The translations under genes were made by a program, and so were the position numbers. Shown here piece by piece: positions 47,394 to 60,488 of a stretch of DNA of 64,000 bases. Source of the DNA: Pavona decussata (lineage: Eukaryota). The notes beneath the pieces are model-generated. The model was not told where the DNA came from. It saw only the letters and a program-made list of their open reading frames with translations, and made no database searches. Every line of letters starts with the position of its first letter. Position 1 is the stretch's first letter. The stretch spans positions 1,550,001-1,614,000 of the forward strand of contig CDRNST010000038.1 in the NCBI GenBank assembly GCA_977016875.1. Reading direction: 5' to 3'.

Positions 47394-47564
47394 AATAGCC
47401 CTTTTCACGTACGGTTAACTCTGGTCATTTGAATTACAATGAAATCTAGCATGTATGTGAGGCAATTTCGGGCTAAGTTGTAGTTTTAGCCCGAAATTAC
47501 CTCGCATCCACGTTGGATAACATTGTAATGCAAATGAGAAAAAACAACCGTGAAAAGGGCTATT
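47394..47564. mobile_element. Small MITE
   Basis: AATAGCCCTTTTCACG / CGTGAAAAGGGCTATT. Confidence 0.7.
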
Positions 47565-49931
47565 ACATACGCACGTTATGTTACAGAAATCTGAGACTCA
47601 ATTGATTTGAAGCTGTGAATTTGTTCCATATGTTTCCGGACGTTATGCACTGATCAAGATCAACGGTTTTTCTCCTCAGTTTAATCAATAAGAAGCAGTA
47701 AATCCAATCATTTTTTAATTACACAATCGAAACAGCCGGTAATAAGCTTTAAAATTTCTGTGTAACTGCAATTAAATTTCGCTAAATGTTTTTTCGCTTT
47801 TTCCTTAAAGTCGCAGTGTAACCCAGATGTGGTTTCACTTTGAATAGCCATTATACCATGCCCGATAAATAGCGGCTATGAAATCAGTCATCTTTTAAGG
47901 TTGTTTGCAAAATAAAATCAGCAAGACCTAGCAATATTTCTTGTATTTTTTTTTTTCTTCTTCAATAAAACGAATATTCTACTCGCGCTTGTTGGGTACG
48001 GATAATTGTTTGTATCATCTCATATCCAACGTGCAGTTATTGTTGATTAGATCCGGTCCGGCCGGAGCCTCGGAACCAATATATTTGGACTATTTGTTCA
48101 AAATCTTGGTCAACTGCAATTTTTCTTCAGTCTTTTCTTTTCAGGCTAATTCTATCAAATGAATTTATCAACATGTAAAAAATTATCTTGCTGAAACCAA
48201 ATTTTCCAAAGCTATAGAAAATTAAGGAGTTAACACGGGGGGTCTCTAGAGATGCAATAACAAGATTTATTCTTTGTTGTGATCAAAGTAGTTCAGTATC
48301 AAAACTCTCAGCAGGATTTTATAATTTTAATAAAACCAGATATTTCGTAGGGTGTTTAATTTCTATGGATACTAAGTAAGTTTAATTTCAAGGTAAGTAA
48401 ACGAGTGGAAATGAGAGGAAAAAGTGCCATCGCATTCATTATTTATAAAAAAAAATCACTTTTTTTCATTCAGCTTGCAGCGTGGTTATATATGCAGTAA
48501 TTGGTTTCTTGTCCTTTGAATAGGAAATCTATTCTTTTAACAAAACTCTTTCGACAATATATTGATACGGTTTGCTCACGCAGTTTACATATCAACTAAC
48601 CATAGGTTGGTCTTTTATAAACATTAATGATTAAATATAAATGATTCTACAGTATTCCCTTGTTCAAGTTTTTTTTATTTCAGAAAAGCATAATTTGTTT
48701 TGATTAAAATCAGTTGTACGATCGGAAAAAACTTATATCGCCAACAAAGTTTTATCAGTTTTGGTTGCTAAGTTTTATATTTTGTTGTGTTGCTAATTAA
48801 AAAAGAGTTGTGATTTGTATACGATCCCCATTTGCTTTACAAATATCTTTTAATATTTTAACAGATATAATAAGAATAATAAAAACCGTGGCTTATGAAA
48901 ATCGCTGTTTGCACGACCTTAACTAGAAACAATAATCATTTAAGCGGAGCTCTTGCTGTTGTCGAATTCAATTGGACATGTCCGGAAACAAAGGCCAAGC
49001 TAAGATAATCATTGAATCTAATATATTAGGGGAGTTCGACACGGCTTCTTCAGTTTTAAACACTTCTTTTTTGAAAGAGGGAGTTGTCGAGATCAAGGAA
49101 TAACCCAAAAGGTATTTTTTTAACTTGTGCTAAACCATTTTTTTAGGTACACCTAACTGAAAAGTTCCTAGTGGTAGGGAAAAACTTAGAGGAAACAAAA
49201 TATTTTCCAGAGCTTAATTTTGCCGGTAAAACAAGCATGATTCAAAGATGATAAATCACCATGAAGCGACTATGAGTATTCAGTTACTACTTTTCACGGG
49301 CGGGCCATTCAGTCTAATCCGTCCTATTTTGTTACATTTTAACCAGACCACTGTACTATAAAATTAGAATACGTAGGGCATTTTTTTTCGGTATCGGGAG
49401 ACAAGACGCAATTAATAAAATTTCGTAGAGTCACGAAACTAAATCACGCGAGCGTGCAATCAGTGCAGTTTGGGAAGAGCCAATTACTGGGGTCAATTCA
49501 ATAAGGGAACTGGTCATAACAAGTTTGTTCGAAGAGGACCCACCTTGTCTGGGGTAGGAGGGTTATCAAAGACACCACCTATCTTATGAACATTACCGAG
49601 AAAACTTGATGGGTTGACACAGAAATATTCAATTAGCAAGAGTCAGTATTGATAGCTAGATAAACAAGAAAAGTGAGAAAATAAATTGTTTCCTGATCCT
49701 GTCACATTGAAGATTGGAAAACAAAATTAGCTTTCAGGATTTTAAAAAAATTAAGGCATTAATTACAAGCTTTCGATTCCTTCGCGCAATCTTTTCCAAG
49801 CAAGTGTTTTCAGTTTATTTAATTTATGTCAGGTGACTTGAGGTAATGTGAGTCACGTGACAGAATGTCCATAAAGACCGCTGATAGTTCGTAACTGCTG
49901 TCTCTATTGACAGTTGGGCCCTGGCACTGTA

Positions 49932-50112
49932 CAGTCGAACCTCTTTATTACGGACACCAAGGGGACAGGGATAATTGTCCGTATTATAGAGGTGTCCGTT
50001 TTAGAGAGGTAGGCTTTATATGGATTTCGGTCAGCTCTCAGGGACCAAGTGAACTGTCCGTAATAGAGAGGTGTCCGTATTCAAGAGGTGTCCGTAAGGA
50101 GAGGTTCCACTG
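49932..50112. mobile_element. Tc1/pogo-like MITE with TA TSD
   Basis: TA|CAGTCGAACCTCT ... AGAGGTTCCACTG|TA. Confidence 0.8.
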
Positions 50113-50711
50113 TATTTCGATGGCATCTCTGTTCCTCCTTCTCAGAGTGTTGGTTTCCCTTGTGAGAATTGTGATTGAATACATAATAATCACCATCTAT
50201 TTTGTAGTGACGTGGGTCTGTCTTGTTCGAGTATAATAGTTTTGACCACTTCCCTATACCTTTTACACTTGTAGTCTTATACAAGCTGGGCCGTTGGCTT
50301 TTACCCGTGAGCACACACAACAAAAAAGAAAAAATCAATGAAAATCAATTTCCAGTAGAGTTTAATCTTCTCCTAGCGACTAAAATTGTCAGCTTCGTGG
50401 CTCCATTGCCTTGAAAACTTTGTCAGAATTTTCAAAATAAGTTCAACGGCTTTTCTTTGATGGACGCCCACCCAACGAACTCTTGGCCCACTCTTTTGAA
50501 GGTGGTAGGTCGCATGTTATTGGCAACCGCTATGAAGAACAAAAACATAGTGGTTGATTGGAAACTTGGGGCGAGAATTGTGCGCGGGATATAAGCGTGT
50601 TTTGATCGTGGGCTGGACATCAGCGCGAAACGACAGTGAGTAACCCACGCGTTTAACGCAGATTAAACCACTTTACCCGTGTGCTGTAAAAGAGGGGATT
50701 ATGACTTCTTA

Positions 50712-50887
50712 AGAGTGTTTTTCACATGACGTCACAACGGCCATGTTGGTGTCCCAAAACAAAGAAATGGCGGCCATGTTGGTGTCCCAAACTAAACCTT
50801 TGGAAATTGAACTCTATTTTTATGCAAATACTTTCTTTTGTTTCAGTAAACCAATATGGCAGTAGTCACGTGAATGAAAACGCTCTA
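50712..50887. mobile_element. Small MITE (Harbinger-like)
   Basis: AGAGTGTTTTTCAC / GTGAATGAAAACGCTCT; internal repeat GGCCATGTTGGTGTCCCAAA. Confidence 0.65.
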
Positions 50888-53373
50888 TTGACAACAAATC
50901 ACTTCATGCGAGGAAACGATTTAGCGATTTTATCAATGGAAACGAGTAACTAACAAAAAAATCCGCCACATTAACAGAAAAACGTTTATATGAATAGACG
51001 TCCCTTTAAATCACAATCAATATAAAAATAAAACTTGATAAGTGCCCTCGAGGAAGTCCTTATTTAAGGAAAATTCAGAAATGATATCGTTATTAACTAA
51101 CTGTATATATTGGAGTAATGAATTTTAAAGCTTTAAGTTTACTTTGTTATTTTTTTTCCTGTATTTGTTTGCTGATCGTAAAGATTCTCACAACGGATCG
51201 CGAACGTTTGATTTTTGAGCGCATCAATCACCTTTCTCTCGGTTGGTGTTTTGACTTTCTTCACAGCAGTTAACGTTATCATTAATCACAAAAAATAATT
51301 GAAACATTACATAGATAAAAAACTGCTCATGCAATAAAAGAAAATGTCATTTTGATCTGCTGAAAACCACACTTTAAAAAACCTTGAACCGACGCAGCTA
51401 GGAAGTAATTGTCAAGTTTGTTATAAATTTTCACCCCAGTGTATTAAACTGTTGATTAGTGCCTCTGGCCAGAGACAAAGTAGGCCGGTATGGATTGAAA
51501 CTTGAAAATAGTTAGGCTTATTTTTTTCAAGTTCTCCCATTTTTGTTTCCAAAATGCGCTAGAACAGATCACGAATTGTTCCTTTCAAGAATTGAGTTGA
51601 TTTCCTTCCTCTCGTCATTCTAGAATTATTTGGCAGCTGATTGAAGGTCTTACTTCATCGTTTTTAACAAAAGATATGAAAAACCCCATGATACTTCCCC
51701 TTTAAGAGACGTTCCTAATAAACAGCATAGAATTAAGACACATTTTTGAACAATTTCCCGAGCGTAATTCTAAAAGAATCGATGGCAATTTTTACTTTGA
51801 ACTTCTCCTGCGTAGGTAAGGTGTCCATGGTTATTTACAGTTTTGGTAAGAATGTTCGGTCATTAAAGAGTTCTCTTCCTCTGCGACATGTTTATTTGGT
51901 CTTGTTTCTCTCCTAACACGCGAGTACATGAATTAAGGTACGTTCTGAACCACAAACAGGGGTACGGTTTGCTAGATAAATTCCTCTTTCCTTTTATACC
52001 TTTAAAAACACTGATACAATAATTATTTCGAATGAGAGCAGTTTTAGCCTTACTGCCGGGAGGGATTTCTTGATTTTTGATTCAACTTTCAAACTGAACC
52101 ACTTCATGCTATTATACCAACTTAAGCATGCACTTGTTACGAATGTACTCAAACCTAATTGCTAACTCTGACACCGCGACAGCCGAATATCATGCTAGCT
52201 GTGAAAACATGTTAAAGAACGATTTTGTCGCAATATGATGGCAGTCATGCCGGGTGAATAACTTTTCCTGTACAAAAGAAGTGTTCATGGGTCACTGTTT
52301 TGAGGTGCTAAGATTGAATATATTTGTATACCTTTACAGTTAATGGCGTCTTTATACTAGAGACACATAATGCGTTTGGGACGAATTTGGGCAAAGATCT
52401 GTCATGTGCGTCTGGCTTTTTGGGTCTCGTAGTTTTTCCACTGAGTTAAGAATAAAGACAGACAGAAGAAGATACTGTGTCTGGGTGAACTATCGGCTTT
52501 ATTCCATCGTGAACGACGCACTTACAGAGACCCTTGGATTCCAGTCGTACGAGTAGGGGCCAGAACGACTACAAATTCGAGATGAAAACACGTCTGTGAC
52601 GTGGTACTTGGTCAATGGCTTCCCAGAATTATAAGATTTATATTCATTCGGTAATCAAAGCTACCAAAATTGACTTCCGTTAAGAAACATTTATCACCAG
52701 TTAAAGACACTTTGGCGAACCCGGTTAGTTACCGGGAAGACCTCTAATCTATTTACGGCTAGACGAACTACGAGAGGCATAACATGGTGAACTTAAGATG
52801 TTTGCTCAAGTTCGTGGTAGACGGATTATCAAGAAGAAAACAAATACCGCTAAATAAAAACACAAAATATATATTAAATAGAACGGAGGTCAAACAACTG
52901 AAAGTAGTTGCCTCGATCCATGAGATATTTTAGGTCAACAAGGAAGATGACATCCCAGCTGATAAACCTGATCCATAACACATGTACATACGAAACAAAG
53001 TGTGCAAAATAAGATGACGAAGTATTTCTCCGTACAGGTTCTTAGTCTCTAAGATATCCTAGTGGTGATGAATATGACAAATTAAGCAAACTATTTTTAA
53101 ATAAGAATTTTTTTCAAATAGCACATGTTGCAATTTAATTAGAATTATATAGAAGACAGATTGAAAAAAAGACAAACAAACAAACAAACAATCAACAACA
53201 AGAAAAAATAAACAAAACAGCATGTATACAAAAAGCATTTTCCTTAAAAAAGTATACGCGAAAACTGGGTGGGAGCACACAATTTTGGGAATTTAACTTT
53301 GCAAATGCTATACTCTTTTCATTTTCAGGTATAAATTAAATTGATGTTTGGACGTTGACCTACTAAAGTCGCA

Positions 53374-53379
53374 ATGAGA
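53374..53379 (+). CDS. Secreted WSC-like + 2xVWC protein: start (MR) at the end of exon 53329-53379
   Basis: TTTTCATTTTCAG acceptor, GCAATGAGA|GTAAGT. Confidence 0.7.
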
Positions 53380-53959
53380 GTAAGTCCATATATTGAAATG
53401 AGTTAAGTCGTTTTCATTTTCTTTTAAAATATGACACAATTTAGAAATCCAGGGTAATCAATCAATCAACCGATCAATCAACCAAAATAGTTTTGCTGGA
53501 AGTGAGAAAAACAACATTAGCATATTTGAATGACATTTTACCTGTTAGTTTTTCTATTTCAGTAAGCTTAGTTCACAGTTACTGAATAGTCGCTAGTTGT
53601 ATTTGTATTTTATAGTAGTTTTACCCAAATGTATCTAGTCTTTGTAATTTTTTAATATATACTATTAATTTTTATAATTTTTAGCACGTTCGAATTTTAA
53701 ACGAGCTTTTAACTCATTAGACGTTAGGCGCCGGGATAAATAAATGATAGATTGATTGATACAATAAGGCCCTTTTATGGAATAACTTTCTGAAGAACGT
53801 TGGGATGCTGGCTCCACCGGGCAATTTAAACATAAACTCAACCAGATTCCTAACATGTCGGGAATCATGTAAAACAGTTCTTAAGCATTTATTTAATCGT
53901 TATTTTAATCGCTTAACTGATGGTTATCTGCGTTTTAAATTAATTTTACTTTCTTACAG

Positions 53960-54031
53960 GTGATTGTTGTGGTTAGCATTTTCTTGTTAGGAGCATGCGC
54001 AGTATCCAGTGATAAACAGGACCTAATCGAG
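53960..54031 (+). CDS. Signal peptide exon (VIVVVSIFLLGACAVSS-DKQDLIE)
   Basis: TTTCTTACAG acceptor, phase 0; forms the typical signal peptide MRVIVVVSIFLLGACAVSS. Confidence 0.8.
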
Positions 54032-54719
54032 GTATAAAAATATATAAAAATATTATTTGTTTATCTCTTTGAAAGCATTCATCAAGAATGTAAAGAACCA
54101 TCTTCAAAATACATTAATACTTCATAAGCCCATTGACCAATCAAATGGTCGATAAAACATCACCTGCACTGGTTTTAAAACCCGATGAAACCTCCTCCTT
54201 ATTAGTATGCAGTGTTTAATGTTTTTCTCGTATACTAATTTCCAACGGTCACAAAAGCATCATGAACTCTCTTGACACACTCTCTTGACACACACTTTTC
54301 CAGAAATGTTTTTGAAGCCGTTCAAAAAACTCACAGTACTTATTTTATCGGGATTTAAAACCACTCGGCTGCGCCTGGTGGTTTTAAATCCCGATAAAAC
54401 ACTGCTCCTCGTGTTTTAAACATTACTTAATCTACCATTCTATCTCTGAACTTATGTTCTTGTATTCTGTCCCATTTTAATGCGTAAACGGGGAAAACCG
54501 TAATATACCATTTTTCAGATAAAAAAATTATCAAAATCTTTTATCTATAAATTACCACACCTTTAATTTTTTTTAAAAATATCCTGTAACTAGTAACTAG
54601 GAATTTCCCCTCGGATTCCTTGGACAGCCACAACATATTTTTAAAAGCTTACTTCGTTACTTATCTCCAGTTGTTTGATTGGTTTTCCATCTTGGAAATA
54701 AATTTTTTTATTGTTCCAG

Positions 54720-54768
54720 GATTCAAAGGACTGGAATAAAGTTTCACTTTACTCAAACAGTGAAGCCG
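54720..54768 (+). CDS. Linker exon (DSKDWNKVSLYSNSEA)
   Basis: TTGTTCCAG acceptor, GTTAGT donor; converts phase 0 to phase 1 as required. Confidence 0.7.
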
Positions 54769-54892
54769 GTTAGTAGCTACACAATATTATCACTCAAGAG
54801 AATCCTCTCCTATATCTCTACCATCACCACTGCTTCCACCATCAACATCGCTGGCCAGACGGCTACCAGGCCATCACCATCACCATATATAA

Positions 54893-54894
54893 CT

Positions 54895-54951
<57 letters not shown>

Positions 54952-54995
54952 GTCATGATTGCAATCACTATCACCACAGCCATTACCCCATCATT

Positions 54996-55026
<31 letters not shown>

Positions 55027-55078
55027 TCATCATCGTCATGATTGCAATCACTATCACCACAACCATTACCCCATCATT

Positions 55079-55122
<44 letters not shown>

Positions 55123-55124
55123 TA
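54893..55124. repeat. (CAT)n/(CAC)n microsatellite with an ~83-bp tandem duplication (intronic)
   Basis: CGTCATGATTGCAATCACTATCACCACA..CCATTACCCCATCATTACC occurs twice. Confidence 0.85.
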
Positions 55125-55363
55125 TCACGCTACTGTCATCGCCATTAGTTTCATTACCATGACCACAGAACCACCATCGTCATCCTTACCTTCATCTTCC
55201 TCCTTGTCTCACACCTTGCCCTTTTCCCCGACCTCCTCCAACTAGCCTCCATCCTCATCATTGTCATCATGATCATCAACATCATCACAATCGTTTATGA
55301 CTTTTATTCTACTTTGAAGATCAAATTTTAAAAAATATTAATATCGTGTGTTTAACTCCTTAG

Positions 55364-55672
55364 TTGCAGCTGATTATGAACCCATTAAATGCCTCGATTT
55401 TAAGGACCTGAAGAACAAAAACATCATTGGCAAACTTTTCAAGAAGTTTGATGCCAAGTCACCTGGCACGCCTGTGGAAAAATGCAGTCAAAGTGCCAAG
55501 GAGAAAAACGTTCAACGTTTTGGGATCCAATATAAAAAGGGCAAAATTCTGTGTCGAGAAGTAGACGAGAAGATATTGGGTCAGGATCCAACTGCAAAAA
55601 TTGGGAACAAGTGTAAAAACGGCATCGGATTCAAAAATTCAATTTTCATCTATCGTAAAAGCCGAGAAGCAG
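55364..55672 (+). CDS. Lys-rich 4-Cys WSC-like domain exon (YEPIKC..KCSQSAKEKNVQRFGIQY..C..CKNGIGFKNSIFIY)
   Basis: ORF 55348..55695; phase 1-1; the spacing of Y-C, C..A..FGIQ..C and C..G.G..IY resembles WSC-type modules. Confidence 0.75.
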
Positions 55673-56822
55673 GTAACATGTCTCGGTCGGTGTGATTATC
55701 CGTACTATACATTCTTTAAAGTTCGGAAATTAAAGCGTCAAAATTCATTAACTTCGGTTTTGACGATAATGTTTCCATGATTTTGAAATATACTTTAAGC
55801 CAATTGCATTTCTCATTGTATAGGTTTTGATATTGATAGCTTCTATACAACAAAGGTAATTCATGATTTAAAAGCAAACATTATGGAACCCATAATGTTA
55901 TTTATGTCGCCACATGATGCCTGCGTGATAACCCGTTGAGGTCATCGGTGCTAGGTACCAAGATTGCGTAAAGTCTAACCAATGAGGTGTTAGTGGACCT
56001 TAGTGCGGTTCTGACTAGGTTTATAGTCAAGATTCTTGTGAAAAGCGTCCTTCCTTCCCTTGCCATCAGAGTGTTCATATCAAGAGACAAGTTTTATACT
56101 CACATACCTATCCTGCAAGGTATCACTTTGAATATTCTTGCAACATAAAATGTAGTTATGACGCCTCGACGGGGCTGCCGTATGGCTAATCAGTGTAATG
56201 AAAAACGTTTATGGTGAGCCCGTCCTTCGACTCCTTCGATCGGCTTTCACTAAAATCTTTTTCCTAAAATCACTCAGCCTCGTACTTAGGATTCTTTGAA
56301 GCAGAAAGGAGAATGGAGACGAGCGTGAGTGATCAATGACGTGAGTCAGTCATCACACCTGGGAACAGAAAGTACAATCGGCCAATCAGAGCTTGAAAGG
56401 AAGAGGAATAAAGTTACAATAAGATTACAATAAAACAGAAAATTCCGGTGTAAAAGGGGACTGGCCTGGCCATTCTCACCTTCAGTTTACAATCAACCAG
56501 AACGTAAACAACTGACAAACAACATGTGTCATTTTCACGACCTTATCGATAAAATTGGTTTAGCTTTCAGAAGAAACTCCGTTAAACAAATTAGAACTTT
56601 ATATCTTATATTGCTATGGTGATAATATGAAATGTAAGGCATTTTTTTCACAGGACGCTTGAGTCAACAACTTGCCAGGACTGAACGGCGTCTAAATTTG
56701 CATCTCGCGCACACAATGGTGTGAAATGAAGGAGAGGCTTGCCCTTTTATAGCGGAACTTCTGATTTAAAGTTAAGACATTGCGTCTTACAACCAGTATC
56801 TAACAGTTTCGTTTCTTAACAG

Positions 56823-57050
56823 GGATCAACACTCAATGTATCTTTGAAAACAAGGTGTACTATGAAGGCGACACGGCTAACATGTATCACTCAAACGACG
56901 ATATGTGCAAAACATGCGAATGCTCCGGAGGAGCCTGGGTTAAGCCTTGTGAGCCAAAGATGCACTGTGACACTCCATTCAAGCAGTGCGAGCAAACTTA
57001 CCTTCCTCCTGGACATTGCTGCCCGGTCTGCAGGACTGCAAACAAAAAAA
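56823..57050 (+). CDS. VWC domain 1 exon (CIFENKVYYEG...CKTCEC...C...C...C...PGHCCPVC)
   Basis: CxxCxC and CCPxC signatures; phase 1-1 splice sites. Confidence 0.88.
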
Positions 57051-57150
57051 GTAATGCATGGAGTCACATACACTCTTCTCTTCTATATTATAAGGGAATC
57101 TTATTTGTTTTGCAGCTAGCTTTACCCTGAAAAAGTTCTTAAGATGTTCT

Positions 57151-57769
57151 TAAAGTGGCGATGTCACCTATTTGAATGGCCGAACCAAAACACATTTTCA
57201 TCGACGGAATCGTTAAAATAATGGCTCATGCAGTTTTGTTAAAATAACCATACTACTACACCGAAACTAGTTTTAATTATCTTTGGCCGCGGATGGCCAA
57301 GATTGAAATGGATTGAAACTTGAAAAATTGGCCAGTTTTTTCAAGTTTTTCCAGCGTATTTGGAGAAATCGCTAATAAACTGATTAGGGTTTGTTCTTTC
57401 CAGGAGAAAGCACTTAATATTTTATTTTCGGTGTTCTAAGAGCAATTTAATGCTACAAAATAATTCAAGAACAACAAGAGGAAAGAGATGGACTCAATTC
57501 TTGAAAGGAAAACCCCGTGATCTGTTTTAGCGCATTAATTTTTGACACAAAAATGCCTGGACTAGCACAATGTTAGCCTAATATTTTACAAGTTTCGATC
57601 CATTCCCACCTACTCTTGCTTTGTTCAGAGCCACTAATGGACAGTTTTATTGTTTTGGGGCGATAATGTATAACAAAAATAGGCAATTATATATTTTTTG
57701 GTTTCTGTTGACAGACAAACATTTTTGGGTTTTGAAATGATAACAAATTTGCGTGATACTTCTCCCTTA
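57151..57769. mobile_element. TTAA-type (Kolobok-like) non-autonomous element; related fragments at about 17031-17230 and 51460-51705
   Basis: TTAAAGTGGCGATGTCAC / GTGATACTTCTCCCTTA; shared internal block TTCTTGAAAGGAA..CCCGTGATCT. Confidence 0.55.
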
Positions 57770-58057
57770 GAGCGGTTTCCAATTGAGTGTCGTAAAACCA
57801 AAACCAAAGTAATTACCGTCTGGCCAATCGCAACAGATGTAAACAACACAACGAGCCAATCAGAATTCGAAATACATGTTACTGGCAGGCGTCAAGCGCG
57901 GGAAAATGCGTGCGGCGAAAACACGATTGGTTTTGGTTTGGATTCCCATGCATTGGTTGAGAAGGTGGCGCGAGTTTTGTTAACCAATTACAGAGCGTAG
58001 TAATGCAAAACCAAAGTAGACGCGAAATTACTTTCGACACACAATCGAAAACCGCTC
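57770..58057. mobile_element. Harbinger-like MITE
   Basis: TTA|GAGCGGTTTCCAATTGAGTGTCG ... CGACACACAATCGAAAACCGCTC|TGA. Confidence 0.8.
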
Positions 58058-58142
58058 TGATCAAAGTCTCTTATAACCGAAGGTCATGTTTAAAAGCTGG
58101 ATTAAAAAACCGCTTGAAAATGTTCCGTTCTGTTTTCTTTAG

Positions 58143-58325
58143 CGTGCGCAAGTATGGGACGAAAGTATGGAGACTCTTGGTTCAAGAAAGTAAATGAGAA
58201 TTGCTTTTTCTGTCGCTGTTTAAGTGAAGACCGAGAAGCATCGTGTGAAAAGGTTCATGCCTATTGCCTCCCAACGAACTGTGAAAATCCCATCATCCCC
58301 GAGGGTAAATGCTGTCCAGAGTGCG
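58143..58325 (+). CDS. VWC domain 2 exon (CASMGRKYGDSW...CFFCRC...CENPIIPEGKCCPEC)
   Basis: GxxW, CxxCxC and CCPxC; TTTTCTTTAG acceptor, GTATGT donor. Confidence 0.9.
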
Positions 58326-59034
58326 GTATGTATTTATTTCATGGTTTGTTAAGCAGTATCAATTTTTGTTAGATAATTATTACCTCAGATATCAGTCGAA
58401 TACAAACGGTTAAAATTGAAATTATTGTATTCAAGGGCTTTGTGTCATAGTGTTTTCCTAGTCTCGAGGACTCGCGCTTTCACGCGATTTAGTCTAGCTT
58501 ACTAATTGGTTACTATACGAACGACCCCGATTCTCTGTAGTGATCTTCGTCTAAAAGGTGCATGATTTCCTGCATGGAAGAAAGAAAAAATTGTTCCAAG
58601 AAATGCGTTTTTACATACGGCTGACCAGACTTGCCAAAGGTATTTTATGGTCAAGTCTTTGCCTACTTCCTAGTCCTCTCTCTGTCTTTCATCTCGATCA
58701 ATCCGTTTCGGATCACGTGGTCCGAACGAAAAACCGTTCTTCTCGGATACGTCACCGAAACGAATTGACCGTGAGGACCTGGGAGAAAACCGTACAGGGA
58801 CTAGGCAAGTGAGGTTTGATTTTTCAAGACTTTGCTGAGCTGGTAAGCGTGGTTAAAAGGTACCCGAAAAGCCTCCTAAAGCTTCTCTGGGAAAGTCAGG
58901 TTATAGCTTGGTTTTGCAAGCTTTTCAAGGTAGTAGTTATTGGAATAACTTAAAGTGTAAGTTTTCTAGCGTAACTTCTAATTTGTAAGCAAGTATCTAA
59001 AGCCGTTATAATATGAATCGTTTACACGGGACTT

Positions 59035-59240
59035 CTTCTGAGTTCTCTCAGCAGGAGTCAAACCTAAGACCTTCTGATTACTATTTCGAATGCTCTACCA
59101 CTGAGCTATAGGAGAGTCGCGGAGGGTAGGCCATTAAACTAGGTTTTTGCGACAAACATCCTAGCAGTATGCCTACGTGACTGACTGAATAATACATCAT
59201 TATCATCTATTTGATAATACTTAAAATTTTCCATCATACT
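59035..59240. mobile_element. Family A copy: reverse tRNA head and leader, switching to a forward tail
   Basis: CAGGAGTCAAACCTAAGACCTTC..GCTCTACCACTGAGCTA, then ACAAACATCCT|AGCAGTATGC|CTACGTGACTGACTGAATAATACATCATT. Confidence 0.65.
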
Positions 59241-59954
59241 TATCCCATTGCGTAATCTTTCTCTCACTAAGAAAACCAAGGAGAAACCACTCCACAAGCT
59301 TTCACGATTAATCCCATCCCAACTACTGACGCCGGTGGTGCGTTCAAATTTCCCTGGGAACGCTAAGAGAAGATACGAAAATAGCTTGGTAAGCCAGAGG
59401 ATATTTAAGGTTGGTATACATGAAGGTAACTGTACATGTCCTCGGGAAAAGTCCCACTGCGAGAAGTCCCAAGGACAAAGTCCCATCGTATCAGTATCTT
59501 CTATTAGTGTTGAAACAAAATGTAATCTCGGGGACTGATTAATAAAATTTTGCAGATTCCCTTTGACTTTTCTCACAAACTCAAACTGGACTAAATTCGT
59601 TAGAGAATTCCCGAGCATTTGTTCTTCAAATCTTCCTTGCCCTCTCGTGTCTACTGTTCCTGGGTCTTGTTTTAAGGCAGAGGTCCCAGCAAATAGCTCC
59701 CTTTAGCAACAGTAATCCTGCACCTTTCAAAAGCTCCTATTTTCACCGGGCCCTGCATAATAACCCATACCAACTTGCGGTCTTGCTGGGCAGCCTTGCC
59801 GACAACATTATGATTTAAATTGGCACAGCTGTATTCAAAGGAAACTGAACAAACGTTGTTTATGTTTATGTCCTAAAGGCCTCACCATAAAGCTGAAGTT
59901 TTCAGTCTCATCAAGAGCCTACTTAACGTTGCTCAGACATTGTTGAATACATAT

Positions 59955-60114
59955 TAGTTATGCAATGCTTTCGAGTGGTACACCGTGAAATATCCCACGA
60001 GTGACTTGATTATACTTAGTATACACACGAGCTTTCAGTGTGTATCGTACAAAGAAAAATCAAGTCATGAGTGGGACATTCACGGTATACCACAAGAAAG
60101 CACTGCGTAACTAG
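59955..60114. mobile_element. Palindromic MITE-like element
   Basis: TAGTTATGCAATGCTTTC..GTGGTACACCGTGAA / TTCACGGTATACCAC..GAAAGCACTGCGTAACTA. Confidence 0.7.
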
Positions 60115-60477
60115 TTTATACCATGCCACTCATCGAATTAACTTTTCTGTTCGACGTCTGGTTCCAGGAATTCAAAATTAAGGTCAAAACTGGGGTATTC
60201 TTCTTACAAGTTTTAGTTGTTGACAGTAATTTCTTCTGAATGAAAATTTTGGCCTGTCGCAGGCTCTTCAATCGATCTTTCGGCGGGAAAAATTTGTAGG
60301 CCGCGAGGAACGCCGGGATGTTTTCGTGGAATACCGCCCGTTGCATACACGATACATGCTTGAAGTCGAATTAAAATGAATGTTGAATCCGTTTAGTATA
60401 CTGCCGCTTTCTTGGCCAGCCCCGATATGACTGGGCAAGGAATATTCGGTTAGTCTAACGCTTTTTCTCTGTTGCAG

Positions 60478-60488
60478 AAACAAGATAA
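60478..60488 (+). CDS. Terminal exon of the VWC protein (ETR*), poly(A) signal at 60651
   Basis: TTTTTCTCTGTTGCAG acceptor, phase 1 gives E-T-R-TAA; AATAAA about 160 bp downstream. Confidence 0.6.

Noticed and set aside
52226-52526. Solo LTR ending CTTACA with an AATAAA
   Set aside because: Could not define a 5' end with a TSD
54679-55245. Poly-His / poly-Ile ORFs
   Set aside because: Translations of an intronic (CAT)n microsatellite with no flanking splice sites that fit the gene
55905-56145. Solo LTR (TGTCGC...GCAACA)
   Set aside because: TG..CA ends are present but there is no matching direct TSD; unsupported
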